DNA of 64,000 nt from assembly GCA_951813565.1 (NCBI GenBank), contig OX638351.1, forward strand, positions 1,344,001 through 1,408,000, written 5' to 3'. A model generated the notes under the pieces. It searched no databases. It saw only the letters and a list, made by a program, of their open reading frames with translations, and was not told the origin of the DNA. The stretch comes from an uncultured Poribacteria bacterium. Lineage in GTDB: Bacteria > Poribacteria > WGA-4E > WGA-3G. How positions within the stretch are numbered: the stretch's first letter is position 1; the number at the start of each line of letters is the position of its first letter. This document shows, piece after piece, positions 28,858 through 39,267 of this stretch. A program made the translations under genes and the position numbers.

Positions 28858-29901
28858 ATGACACCACTACTCACCGTCAATTCAGTAACAAAACAGTTTG
28901 CATCGACACCTATTGTCAAGGATATCAGCTTTGAGGTATATCCGAGGGAAATCTTCGCGCTCTTAGGGGCAAGCGGCTGTGGCAAAACAACAACGTTGCG
29001 TTTGATTGCAGGGTTTGAAAAAGCGAACGCGGGCGTAATTGTTATGGGAGATCGCGTTCTTGAAGACGATGGAATACACATTCCGCCAGAATCACGTGAA
29101 ATAGGGTTTGTTTTTCAAGATTTTGCACTCTTTCCTGACAAAAACGTTCTGGAAAATGTTGCATTCGGACTTAGCCGAAAAATGCGAAAAAAAGAACGGC
29201 ACGCGAATGCTTTGGAGACCCTCGAAAAAGTCGGGATTGCTCATCTACACGCACGGATGCCACATCATCTCTCTGGTGGTGAACAGCAACGAGTCGCTTT
29301 AGCGCGATCACTTGCTACCCAACCGAAGCTGCTGCTGTTAGACGAACCCTTTTCAAGCCTTGATACTGGGCTACGCCAAGCAACAAGAGAAGAGGTGCGC
29401 GGATTGTTAAAAACCTACGGTATCAGTGTGGTATTGGTGACCCACGATCAAGAAGAGGCGTTGAGCTTTGCCGAACGGGTTGCTGTCATGAATAGCGGCA
29501 CAATTGAACAGATTGGCACACCTGAAGATGTATACCGACAACCCAAAACTGTCCATGTTGCGAATTTTTTGGGAAAAACGAACATTATTGAGACGGACAT
29601 CAGAAACGGTTTCGCTGAAACACCTTTCGGTGCATTGGAGATAGATTTCCCAAACGCAACCGATGTTCTTCTCTCAATTCGTCCAGAACATATCACCATA
29701 GAGAAACATGTCTCAGATACCAGTGATGAAAACCCAGGACGCATTGCTGCTCGTGAATTCAAAGGGCATGATTTTACCTATCGCGTTGAGGTAGATGGTA
29801 AATCTTACTTTGTCCAAACTGACTATCAACGGCATTTCCAAGTGGGTGAAGCGGTTACATTGAAACCACTTGAAGCGGTTGTTATTGAAAATGAGGACTA
29901 A
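28858..29901 (+). CDS. ABC transporter ATP-binding protein (FbpC/PotA-like, TOBE domain)
   Basis: GASGCGKT, LSGGEQQR, LLLDEP, VTHD. Confidence 0.9.
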   Translation: MTPLLTVNSVTKQFASTPIVKDISFEVYPREIFALLGASGCGKTTTLRLIAGFEKANAGVIVMGDRVLEDDGIHIPPESREIGFVFQDFALFPDKNVLENVAFGLSRKMRKKERHANALETLEKVGIAHLHARMPHHLSGGEQQRVALARSLATQPKLLLLDEPFSSLDTGLRQATREEVRGLLKTYGISVVLVTHDQEEALSFAERVAVMNSGTIEQIGTPEDVYRQPKTVHVANFLGKTNIIETDIRNGFAETPFGALEIDFPNATDVLLSIRPEHITIEKHVSDTSDENPGRIAAREFKGHDFTYRVEVDGKSYFVQTDYQRHFQVGEAVTLKPLEAVVIENED

Positions 29902-31967
29902 TTCTTTTTTGGTGTTTCTATCAAATATAGCTGCGCAATTATCCCATTAAGACCTTCAATCATTTGCTCAAACGCTTCAGCAAGTCGTGTAGCCTCCTCC
30001 TTTGCTTTTGCGACATCTCCCTGTTCAATCGCATCGCGTATCCCAGGAAAAACAACAGCAGCGTAGCCAGTATTCAAACCCGGTGCATATACAAGGTGCT
30101 TAAACCATGGACGCAAAGGTAACCCTGCTTCATCTGTCAATGTTCGTTCTAATTGATACAATCGCTGATTTATTTTTTCTATTTGTTCTTTGCTACCAGA
30201 CAATAAATATGTTTCAAGCTGTGCATTTAGTTTTGTCGCTGTTTGTTCCCATTCTGTAAGAAGATTGTGTAATCTATCTAATTCTATTGGCACACTGTTT
30301 TTGAACGTCTCCAATTCTAACAGTAGTGCTTTGGCATACACATCGTAATCAAAAGGCAAAATATCTGCATTTGAAAGGCGGAGCGCAATGATACCCCAAA
30401 TTTGTGCCATTGCAACCTGATACTGAAATGTCGGATCACCAAAATGTTCCATCCAATAATAATTGTCCTGCATCGCATGGTAAACACCATAGGGACCGCT
30501 AAATCCCATACTCACAGCAGATATACCGGCATGTCCAACAAATGGGGAATGATCTGAACCACTACCGAGATTACCGACTCTTGGTTCTGTAGCATTGTGC
30601 CGCTTTTTCCAGTTTTCATAAACCGGTTTCAAAGTTCTCGGATCAATTACCTCCTGTGTTGCTTCACGGACTAACTGTCTGAGCGTTGGAATCGCACTTG
30701 CATAAAAATTATTCCCTGTTGCGGCTATATCCACATTCAAGTAGGCTATCGCTTTCTCCTGTAATTCCAATTTTAGTTCCTCAACCCATTCAGTAGAACC
30801 GAGGATACCAAATTCTTCTGCATCCCATGAAGCGAAAATGATTGTCCTTTTCGGACGCATGCCTTGCTTTGCTAACGCACCTAAACATCTCGCCACTTCA
30901 AGCAAGGAGGTCGTCCCACTACTCGGATCCGCCGCGCCGTAAATCCAAGCATCGTGATGGTTACCTAAAATCACCCATTGGTCAGGATACTCCGATCCTT
31001 CTAAAGTTGCAATGACATTGTAAATCGAGCGGATGCTGTGTTCACATCGCACTTTGAGATGCACCTCTGCCGGCCCAGGTCCAATATGATATGCTAACGG
31101 CAAGCCTCCTTGCCAATTTGATGGCACATTTGGTCCAGCAAGTGCTTGTAACAAATGTTTAGCATCCTTATAAGCAATCGGGACAACGGGAATTTTGGGA
31201 AGGTCAGTTGCCTCATCCATTGGAAGTCTATCCGCATCTTCAATCGCTGCCCAACCTGGTGTTAACGGGTCGCTGGCATGCTGGAAAATATATTTTACCG
31301 TGCCACGTTGAATTGCATCGGCAGAACGCCACGGACCGCGCGGGTAAACATCACCCCGCGTATAACCGTCGTCCGCTGGATCAGAGTAAAAAATCAATCC
31401 AACCGCACCGTTATCTCCTGCCAACTTTGCTTTCACGCCACGGTAACTACCACCATATCGAGCAATACAGATTTTCCCTTCTATAGAGATACCACGTTCT
31501 CTCAGCACTCGGTAATCATCGGGCAATCCTCTATTGACATAAACTAACTCTGCCGTCACATCACCGTCAGGTGAGTAGGCATTGTATCCTGGTACAATAT
31601 CTGTCCGAAACGAATCTTTGTCCCATTCCCATCCCGATTCTTTGCTAACCGCTATATGTTTAGTCGGTGAGACGAGTTCAACATGCACTTCAAGCGGATG
31701 TGGAAGATACACCTGATATTCATATATCTTCACCTGCAAGCCGTAGCTTTCGTATTCACTGCGAAGATATTCTGCTACCTTACGACTATTTTCTGTTCCC
31801 GCGAGATGTGGTTCTTCTGTCAATCTCCGTAATTTTGTTCGACACATCTCTGGAGAAACCAGTTCTTTAAATGCTGCTTCTATATTTTGTTGTACCAATC
31901 CGTTTTTAGCAGTAAACCCACGAATGTCCGCGTCTGAATAAGCAAAAAGCGATGGAACCATTAACAA
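29898..31967 (-). CDS. M28 glutamate carboxypeptidase II-like peptidase (PA and TfR-dimer domains)
   Basis: GNHHDAW, GAADPSSG, WDAEEFG, GSGSDH, YH; the true start may lie upstream. Confidence 0.88.
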   Translation of the reverse strand: MLMVPSLFAYSDADIRGFTAKNGLVQQNIEAAFKELVSPEMCRTKLRRLTEEPHLAGTENSRKVAEYLRSEYESYGLQVKIYEYQVYLPHPLEVHVELVSPTKHIAVSKESGWEWDKDSFRTDIVPGYNAYSPDGDVTAELVYVNRGLPDDYRVLRERGISIEGKICIARYGGSYRGVKAKLAGDNGAVGLIFYSDPADDGYTRGDVYPRGPWRSADAIQRGTVKYIFQHASDPLTPGWAAIEDADRLPMDEATDLPKIPVVPIAYKDAKHLLQALAGPNVPSNWQGGLPLAYHIGPGPAEVHLKVRCEHSIRSIYNVIATLEGSEYPDQWVILGNHHDAWIYGAADPSSGTTSLLEVARCLGALAKQGMRPKRTIIFASWDAEEFGILGSTEWVEELKLELQEKAIAYLNVDIAATGNNFYASAIPTLRQLVREATQEVIDPRTLKPVYENWKKRHNATEPRVGNLGSGSDHSPFVGHAGISAVSMGFSGPYGVYHAMQDNYYWMEHFGDPTFQYQVAMAQIWGIIALRLSNADILPFDYDVYAKALLLELETFKNSVPIELDRLHNLLTEWEQTATKLNAQLETYLLSGSKEQIEKINQRLYQLERTLTDEAGLPLRPWFKHLVYAPGLNTGYAAVVFPGIRDAIEQGDVAKAKEEATRLAEAFEQMIEGLNGIIAQLYLIETPKKN

Positions 31968-32190
31968 GCATATAAAACAACAGGCAAAATTCCATCGCGA
32001 AAGTCTAAAAAGTTTAAATTTTATGATTGTAATTGGTCTCTACCTCTTCTGCAATTTATTTCAATAATAGCATGGATTCGGATTATTTTCACTATTTTTT
32101 TAAGTCTTAATGTGTTAAAATAGTACTGAAAAAGATACGGTTTTTAGTCCATTTTTTGACATTTTCAACGCGAAATGCGAGGAAATTCTG

Positions 32191-32886
32191 ATGGAAGCAA
32201 AAATACTAATTGTAGAGGATGAACGCGATATCGTAGAGTTGCTAAGATATAATCTGCGTGAAGCAGATTTTAAAGTTGATGCTGTTCGGAATGGTGCCGA
32301 CGCGCTACAACGTGCAGTAGATAATCCGCCCGATCTCATTTTGTTAGACCTCATGCTCCCAGAAGTTGACGGATTAATTGTCTGTCGTCTCCTAAAGAAC
32401 GACCCACGCACAAAAAATATTCCCATTGTAATGCTAACCGCAAAAACTGAAGAAAGCGACCGTGTAACTGGACTTGAATTAGGGGCTGATGATTATATCA
32501 CAAAACCATTTAGTCCGCGCGAGGTTGTTTTACGCATCAATGCTGTGCTGCGGAGACTCAGAGCAAGTGAGCAGACTGATGAGGAAAATCAGATAGAAAC
32601 GCATGGCGTAACAATTGATTTGGATCGGCATCAAGTGTTGACAGAAGTTGGCGCAATTGATCTTACTGCGACTGAGTTTAAACTTATCACGCTATTCGCC
32701 CGTTCTCCCGGACGCGTTTTTTCTCGCGATATTCTGATGGATGTTATCTGGGGACAAGAGTATTACGGCATTGACAGGACAGTTGACACACACGTCAGTC
32801 GGCTCAGACGTAAACTCGGTGATTTAGGTAAACATATTGAAACTGTGTACGGTGTTGGCTATCGGCTTAAGGAAGAGAAGCCTTGA
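32191..32886 (+). CDS. OmpR/PhoB-family response regulator
   Basis: Receiver domain, GADDYITKPFS, RTVDTHVSRLRRKL. Confidence 0.92.
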   Translation: MEAKILIVEDERDIVELLRYNLREADFKVDAVRNGADALQRAVDNPPDLILLDLMLPEVDGLIVCRLLKNDPRTKNIPIVMLTAKTEESDRVTGLELGADDYITKPFSPREVVLRINAVLRRLRASEQTDEENQIETHGVTIDLDRHQVLTEVGAIDLTATEFKLITLFARSPGRVFSRDILMDVIWGQEYYGIDRTVDTHVSRLRRKLGDLGKHIETVYGVGYRLKEEKP

Positions 32887-33029
32887 TGGTAAGTAATTCC
32901 TAAATCTATGGACAAACTCCGATAGGTGCGGGCGTATAAAGTTTTGTCAAAACCTACCCTACAAATGTAAGAGGCGCAATGAATTGCGCGACTACAAACG
33001 CCGTAAATCCAAAGAAATGGAGCCATTTT

Positions 33030-33800
33030 ATGAATTTAAGATTAAGAGACAAAGTTGTCGTTGTGACGGGTGCCAGCCGTGGAATAGGCAGAGCCATCGC
33101 AAACGGCTTTGCCGAAGAGGGCGCACGCCTCAGCATCTGTGGTAGAGACCCAGATACCTTACAAACCGTAACCGAGGAACTCACCGCACACGGTATAAAG
33201 GTATTGTCAAAACCTACCGATGTAACTGATGCTGCTCAAGTAGATACGTTTATAACAGAAACATTGTATCGTTTCGGTAGAATTGATGTTGTCGTTAACA
33301 ATGTCGGTGGAAGTCGGTGGACACCTTTAAACGAGATTTCTGATGAGGAATGGCACGAAATTATCGATCTGAATCTCGTTTCAGCAACGCGCATTAACCG
33401 ACTTGTTATCCCTGCGATGCAAGAGCAGGGAGGTGGCGTGATTCTCATGATTGCCTCTATTTATGGCAGAGAAGGCGGCGGACATATTACCTACAACGCA
33501 GCAAAAGCCGCAGAAATTAGTATGGCAAAGTCGTTGGCAAAAGAACTCGCACCTGACAACATACGTGTCAATAGTATTGCACCGGGGTCTATCCTTTTTC
33601 CCGGTGGCGGTTGGGATCGTCGTATCAAAGCGGATCCTGAAGGTATGAAAGCGTTTGTTGAAAGTGAGATGCCGCTCGGCCGTTTCGGGAAACCGGAAGA
33701 GATCGCAAATGTTGCTGTTTTTCTTGCATCTGAACGCGCAAGTCTTGTTACTGGGGCATGTATCAATGTTGACGGGTGTCAGTCGCGGTCAAATATATGA
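33030..33800 (+). CDS. Short-chain dehydrogenase/reductase
   Basis: TGASRGIG, NNVG, YNAAK. Confidence 0.9.
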   Translation: MNLRLRDKVVVVTGASRGIGRAIANGFAEEGARLSICGRDPDTLQTVTEELTAHGIKVLSKPTDVTDAAQVDTFITETLYRFGRIDVVVNNVGGSRWTPLNEISDEEWHEIIDLNLVSATRINRLVIPAMQEQGGGVILMIASIYGREGGGHITYNAAKAAEISMAKSLAKELAPDNIRVNSIAPGSILFPGGGWDRRIKADPEGMKAFVESEMPLGRFGKPEEIANVAVFLASERASLVTGACINVDGCQSRSNI

Positions 33801-33979
33801 GGACAATTGGCTGAATCGCAGATTATATGAATTTCGCTGATGCGGATTACTCATAATTATCGGTCGGTGCTTTCTAAACGCGCCGTTTTCTGCCTGAATG
33901 AATCAACGTCAAATACTATACGTGCATTTAGTGTTGATTCATAATCTTGAGAATCTTGGTTCAGACAATAAGTAATGTG

Positions 33980-35743
33980 TCAATCTCGCATTATTTTGGG
34001 ATGTGGGTTATACTTAAGCATCCCATCCGCATCAGTAAACCGCAGATATAGTGCCCACGTCCAACTGTTCTGCTCAACGCTACACACAACCTCGTTCCAC
34101 CCTGGTTTTAACTGACACGGAATCGTATCTGTATCTGGTGTTATACGACGGTAGATCCGTTTTTTATGGATTTCTGTTCCGTTTAGCCACACCGCAACCG
34201 TCTCATCGCTGCCTAACAGAAGAACAGTGTCCATAGTTTTTGGTGCATAGACGTAGGTAACCGCGTATCCAACCACGCCTGTGTTCATGCCGATGTTCGC
34301 GCGAAAATCCAGCATGCCGTTAGTTCTGGTATCAACTTCACGCCAGCGAATTGTTTTACCTTCAATCCCTTTGTAGGTTTTGTTCAGGTTGAGAGGATTT
34401 TCAGGTGAAATCGATGGCACAGTTGTGTTAGCGTCTGTTTTCGGAAACGGACCTAAAACCATATAATGTCGGACAAAGGGTGATGCATGTAATACTCGAT
34501 AAGAATCAACACCAACTTTATGGCCTGTCGCTTGGGTTGATTTACCGACACTTCTCAAGACAATCTGATTATCTCCTTGATTCAGCGGTATAGTGCCGAA
34601 TGTTACCAACGTTCCAGCAATAAGTTCCGGATGGTAGCAATCGTAAGGTTGCCCGATCTTCGTTCCGTTAACGGTGAATTCTGCATGTCCATATTCCGGT
34701 CCGCGAGTCAAAATTGCACTGATTTCATATAGGTTTTTATAGGGAATTTCAATTTTTTGATGAACTGATACGCCAGAGGCTTTGGCATTCAATGCAACAT
34801 GCCCACCTTCAATATCAATTCCTGCATCACGATAGTTTTCTAACTTATACCCCTCCGATTCTTGTTTGACTAACAAGGATATTGCCGATTGTGTATCCTT
34901 TGGTGGCAATTCCCACTGTTTTTCATACCAAAATTGGGGCAGTGTATAGATATCGCGAGCTTCGTTTGTCAGATAGAGATTGTAACCTTCAAAGCAGATT
35001 GCTTCTCCAAGAAAATTGTGCCGCAAAACCCGCGGTTTACCCTGAATCATTTGCGCTAAGTCGCCATCAGTGCTGTGATATACCCAGAGAGAATTGTAGG
35101 TGCAGACAGCAAGCCGTTTCCCGTCCTGTGAGATACCTGCCCCTGTTACTAATTTCGCTTCTGTGAACTCACCGACACGTTCCAAAACCTGTTTCTTACC
35201 GGCTTTCAATGCAGGAAAACGATAAAGCACGGCTTCTGATTGTTCTTTAGAGACAATATAAGGTATGTCGTTAGCGATAAATAGACCTTCCGCATCCACA
35301 TTATTATCGGGATAACGGTACGGATATTTCGCGATGACTTTTGCTTCTGTCTCAGTGTATGGGTTCGGTTCTTTCACAACAACTACATTTAAATCAAATC
35401 GCATTCTGCTATTATTGCCGATGTCGCCAATCCAGAGTTGCCCTTTGTTATCAATACCGAGTGCCTCCCAGTCGAAATTACGTGAGCCGCGTACCTTAAT
35501 TTCCTTGATTAATTCACCATTCCGTTTTGTTGCGTAAATTACCGATGAGTTTCCAGAATCGTTTAGTGTCCAATAGACCCCTTCAAACTGTTTACTTGCA
35601 ACAATACCAGAACTCTCACGTATATCGGGATGTATATACTTGCCGGTAGGTTGCCACGGTGGAGTACCAAATGAGGCGAGATCTTCAGCAGTAGCGATTG
35701 TGGTTGTGAGGATAAAAATAAGTGAGTAAAGTAGAAATTTCAT
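33980..35743 (-). CDS. Secreted protein: N-terminal beta-propeller-like domain plus carbohydrate-binding-like domains
   Basis: Signal peptide; ESSG, NDSG, DWE, GDIGNN motifs; C-terminal LLGSDETVAVWLNG...GWN. Confidence 0.6.
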   Translation of the reverse strand: MKFLLYSLIFILTTTIATAEDLASFGTPPWQPTGKYIHPDIRESSGIVASKQFEGVYWTLNDSGNSSVIYATKRNGELIKEIKVRGSRNFDWEALGIDNKGQLWIGDIGNNSRMRFDLNVVVVKEPNPYTETEAKVIAKYPYRYPDNNVDAEGLFIANDIPYIVSKEQSEAVLYRFPALKAGKKQVLERVGEFTEAKLVTGAGISQDGKRLAVCTYNSLWVYHSTDGDLAQMIQGKPRVLRHNFLGEAICFEGYNLYLTNEARDIYTLPQFWYEKQWELPPKDTQSAISLLVKQESEGYKLENYRDAGIDIEGGHVALNAKASGVSVHQKIEIPYKNLYEISAILTRGPEYGHAEFTVNGTKIGQPYDCYHPELIAGTLVTFGTIPLNQGDNQIVLRSVGKSTQATGHKVGVDSYRVLHASPFVRHYMVLGPFPKTDANTTVPSISPENPLNLNKTYKGIEGKTIRWREVDTRTNGMLDFRANIGMNTGVVGYAVTYVYAPKTMDTVLLLGSDETVAVWLNGTEIHKKRIYRRITPDTDTIPCQLKPGWNEVVCSVEQNSWTWALYLRFTDADGMLKYNPHPKIMRD

Positions 35744-35830
35744 ATATCGGCAATTCCTTGAATGGTCATGATTTTAATGTCATAAAGTATAACATATCCA
35801 ATCCCATCCGTCAAAACATTACAAGCAATT

Positions 35831-35926
35831 GGGTGTGTAAATATTTGGTTATATAGGTTCAATTTGCAATGATTACGCGGCGTTTTCCACTGTAGAGGCG
35901 GATTTCTACAAAAACTTTACACACCC
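35831..35926. mobile_element. 96-bp ISKra4-derived MITE, second copy
   Basis: Near-identical to 14405-14498. Confidence 0.8.
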
Positions 35927-36013
35927 CTTTAGAACAACAAATCTTGCCATTACACCACAAATATGTTAAAATTACCATAAATCAGTCTATAGTCCAAAAG
36001 AGTTTAGCAGAAA

Positions 36014-36370
36014 ATGGGAAATGCCTTTAAAAAAGCCGTAATCGTATTCATCGGATTTATTGTCATTTTGGTGGGTATCTTAATCGTTGTCATCCAACGT
36101 TATTCACAATACGGTTCAATCCCAGATACGATGGAGATGGTAGACTTTAAAGGGATTCTCTTAGCGTTTTTAGGGGCAGCAATCCTGAGTCTAATTAGCG
36201 TTGTCCTCACCTTCAACTTGGCACGGACATGGGTAAAGGAACAACCGGAATTAGCAGAACGAATCTTTCGACACGCTTTAATAATCAACATCAGTCTTAT
36301 CATCATATTTGGTGGTTTAGCGGGTGGGATTATCATTTTACGGACTTTATGGACGATTGGCTATTTTTAG
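36014..36370 (+). CDS. Small 3-TM membrane protein
   Basis: Three hydrophobic segments. Confidence 0.65.
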   Translation: MGNAFKKAVIVFIGFIVILVGILIVVIQRYSQYGSIPDTMEMVDFKGILLAFLGAAILSLISVVLTFNLARTWVKEQPELAERIFRHALIINISLIIIFGGLAGGIIILRTLWTIGYF

Positions 36371-36617
36371 TTTGCATTTGTGTTAGAAATGTGCTATAAT
36401 ATCTTAAATTAGTATTTGAACGAAACATTTCCGACACTGTTTTAGCAAGTGTTAGCATTTTGTAAGGCACGGTTTATTGTAATACAAGTACACATAATGT
36501 TCGGTGAATTTTAGCCATGTGTGGGAAAGGGATGTTGATTTTGCTTACAAAACCTTACTAATTTGTAGCCTGCACAACCGCTAATTGAGAACCAGCCACA
36601 ACTTGGAGGTGTGAAAA

Positions 36618-37163
36618 ATACACTATAGAGGTAAACGCACGCAGAAACCACGGGAAAGAAAAAGTCGTTCGAATTATCAGATTCGAGCTAAAGAGATTTT
36701 GCTTATTGATCATGAAAACAAGCAGATCGGTGTGATGACTCCGCGCGAAGCGATGGAACGTGCTGAAGAAGTCGGGTTGGACTTGGTCGAAGTTTCTCCG
36801 AATGCTGACCCTCCCGTTTGTAAGATAATGGACTATGGAAAGTATCAGTACGAAAAGAACAAACGTGAGCGAGAGGCTCGAAAGAAGCAAACAAAGATCG
36901 TTCTGAAAGAGATTCAATTCCGCCCTGATACAGCCGAGCATGATTATCAATTCAAGAAGCGCCACGTTGAAGACTTCTTGAAAAATGGATGGAAGGTGAG
37001 AGCAACAGTACGTTTCCGAGGTAGGGAGATGCTGCATACGGAGTTAGGCAGAAACATGCTTGCTCGATTAGAAAAGGATGTTGCTGAAATTGCAGAGGTT
37101 GAACAACCACCTAAGATGGAAACACGCACTATGTCCATGCTTTTGATGCCGAAATCTTCGTAA
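36618..37163 (+). CDS. infC: Translation initiation factor IF-3, predicted ATA start
   Basis: GLDLVEVSPNADPPVCKIMDYGKYQYE, FRGRE; frame open back to ATA at 36618, which follows a GGAGGT RBS and an in-frame TGA. Confidence 0.92.
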   Translation: MHYRGKRTQKPRERKSRSNYQIRAKEILLIDHENKQIGVMTPREAMERAEEVGLDLVEVSPNADPPVCKIMDYGKYQYEKNKREREARKKQTKIVLKEIQFRPDTAEHDYQFKKRHVEDFLKNGWKVRATVRFRGREMLHTELGRNMLARLEKDVAEIAEVEQPPKMETRTMSMLLMPKSS

Positions 37164-37351
37164 CTAAAGGTTTTTGTTGCAGGTATATGGCAAATCGTGT
37201 TCTCTTACGATTTGATGGCTTTTTGAAAGAGAATATCGTATGCGTGGAGATAGCGATTCTCCAAGTTGATTTTGTGCGTCTATGCCTACCTTTCGCTGAA
37301 AAAACCTCCAATAAAGTTCGTTAGATAAGCCATCAACAGAAGGATATTGTA

Positions 37352-37543
37352 ATGCCGAAAATTAAAACACATAAGGGCGCAGCAAAACGTTTTAAATTTA
37401 CTGCAAAAGGGAAGATCCGCCGCAATCGTGCGTATGCGGGGCACCTTTTTATCTCAAAATCCTCAAAACGGAAGCGTCGTTTAAGACAAAGCACGCTGGT
37501 AGATCCAAGTAATGAAAAACGTTTGAAACGTCTAATTTATTAG
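37352..37543 (+). CDS. rpmI: 50S ribosomal protein L35
   Basis: MPKIKTHKGAAKRFK; operon position. Confidence 0.95.
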   Translation: MPKIKTHKGAAKRFKFTAKGKIRRNRAYAGHLFISKSSKRKRRLRQSTLVDPSNEKRLKRLIY

Positions 37544-37552
37544 GAGTTCAGA

Positions 37553-37900
37553 ATGGCACGAGTAAAAACAGGGAATGTCCGTCGGAAACGGCGGAAACGG
37601 ATACTAAAGCACTCCAAAGGGTATCGCGGTGGACGTAACAACTTGAGACGTACCGCTATGGAGGCGGTTGAGAAGGGTTGGAATCACGCTTATGCACATA
37701 GACGTGCGCGAAAACGTGATTTTAGACGACTTTGGATTGTGCGTATTAATGCTGCCGCAAGACTACACGGACTTACATATAGCCGTTTTATGCACGGACT
37801 CAAAACAGCTGGTGTTGAGTTGGATAGGAAAGTCCTTGCCGATATTGCTGTGCATGATGCTGCAGGGTTTGGTCAACTTGCCGCCCTTGCCAAAGGGTAA
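37553..37900 (+). CDS. rplT: 50S ribosomal protein L20
   Basis: [27 protein letters not shown]. Confidence 0.96.
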   Translation: MARVKTGNVRRKRRKRILKHSKGYRGGRNNLRRTAMEAVEKGWNHAYAHRRARKRDFRRLWIVRINAAARLHGLTYSRFMHGLKTAGVELDRKVLADIAVHDAAGFGQLAALAKG

Positions 37901-37939
37901 GTTATACCGATACATTTGCCAATTAGATATTACATTATT

Positions 37940-38182
37940 AGAAGGTGATGAAGGGACACAGTAAGCCGTTGAGACCTCTCAACAAGAGAGACCACGCCAT
38001 CGGTTGGAAGCGCGGTTTTGAGAGCAACTGCCGAATTTCATTCTGGAGCCGATAAAAAATAATGAAGCGGACAGATTTCACAATCTGTCAAGCGGGGTGG
38101 TACCGCGGAAGTAGATGCCTATCGCTTTCGTCCCCATAAGGAATTAACCTTTATGGAGCGAAGTGATGGGTGTTATTTTTTT
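37940..38182 (+). promoter_or_regulatory. T-box riboswitch leader (Phe) for pheST
   Basis: GGGTGGTACCGCG T-box around 38095-38107, AGAGA and GGTTGGAA stem I motifs, TTC specifier at 38037-38039, tcgtccc antiterminator 3' side, terminator with U-run. Confidence 0.88.
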
Positions 38183-38193
38183 AAGAGGCAACT

Positions 38194-39210
38194 ATGAAAA
38201 CAGAATTAGAAGCGATTCAAGCAGAAGCTCTTGAGGCTTTGAAAGCAGTAAAATCTTCAGACGCGCTTGAATCGCTCAAAATAACATATTTTGGACGCAA
38301 GGGAAAGTTGACAGATGTTATGAAAGGAATGGGACAACTTTCGAATGAGGAGCGTCCGATAATTGGAAAACTTGCTAACGATGTGCGAACCACGCTAACC
38401 GAAGCGTTTGAAGAAACAAAGAACGTACTGGATAGCCAACAACAGGAACTGCAACTTGAGGCAGAATCAATTGACATAACACTTCCCGGACGAAAACCTG
38501 CGTATGGGAAAGCGCATCCGGTGATGCAAACGTTGGAACGGATTGAAGCGATCTTCACGCAAATGGGTTTTCAGATTGTGACAGGACCGGAAGTTGAGAC
38601 GGAACATTACAATTTTGACGCACTCAATACACCTCCCGACCATCCCGCGCGCGATTTACATGATACATTCTACTTAACGGACGGACATCTGTTGCGCACC
38701 CATACTTCTCCTGTCCAAATTCGCGTGATGGAGAACCAGAAACCGCCAGTACGTATTATTGTGCCGGGGAAGGCGTATCGTGTAGATTACGATGTCTCCC
38801 ATACACCAATGTTTCACCAAGTCGAAGGACTGCTTGTGGATAGGCATGTTACCTTCAGCGAATTGAAGGGCATGTTGGTATCCTTTGCGCGGCAGATGTT
38901 TGGTGATCAGACACAGATGCGTTTCCGTCCACACTTTTTCCCTTTTACAGAACCGAGTGCGGAGGCTGATATTTCTTGTACTGTGTGTCGTGGTAAGGGG
39001 TGTCGCAGTTGCGGACACACCGGTTGGATTGAAATCTTGGGCGCAGGTGCTGTTGACCCAGAAGTGTTCCGTGCTGTTAACTATGACCCAGAGGAGGTTA
39101 CTGGTTTTGCTTTTGGTATGGGGGTAGAGCGAATTGCAAACCTCCAGTTCCGCATACCGGATATCCGTACCTTCTATGAAAACGATCTCCGTTTCTTGCA
39201 GCAGTTTTAA
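38194..39210 (+). CDS. pheS: Phenylalanine-tRNA ligase alpha subunit
   Basis: HPARDLHDTFY, LRTHTSPVQ, FPFTEPS, GFAFGMGVER. Confidence 0.97.
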   Translation: MKTELEAIQAEALEALKAVKSSDALESLKITYFGRKGKLTDVMKGMGQLSNEERPIIGKLANDVRTTLTEAFEETKNVLDSQQQELQLEAESIDITLPGRKPAYGKAHPVMQTLERIEAIFTQMGFQIVTGPEVETEHYNFDALNTPPDHPARDLHDTFYLTDGHLLRTHTSPVQIRVMENQKPPVRIIVPGKAYRVDYDVSHTPMFHQVEGLLVDRHVTFSELKGMLVSFARQMFGDQTQMRFRPHFFPFTEPSAEADISCTVCRGKGCRSCGHTGWIEILGAGAVDPEVFRAVNYDPEEVTGFAFGMGVERIANLQFRIPDIRTFYENDLRFLQQF

Positions 39211-39267
39211 TAGTAGCGGGCATTCTTGTAGGAGGGGTTTGTAACCCCGATTTTTAAGGACTTATCT

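Noticed and set aside
36540..36610. L20 leader RNA upstream of infC
   Set aside because: Position is plausible but I could not identify the consensus structure by eye; needs Infernal.
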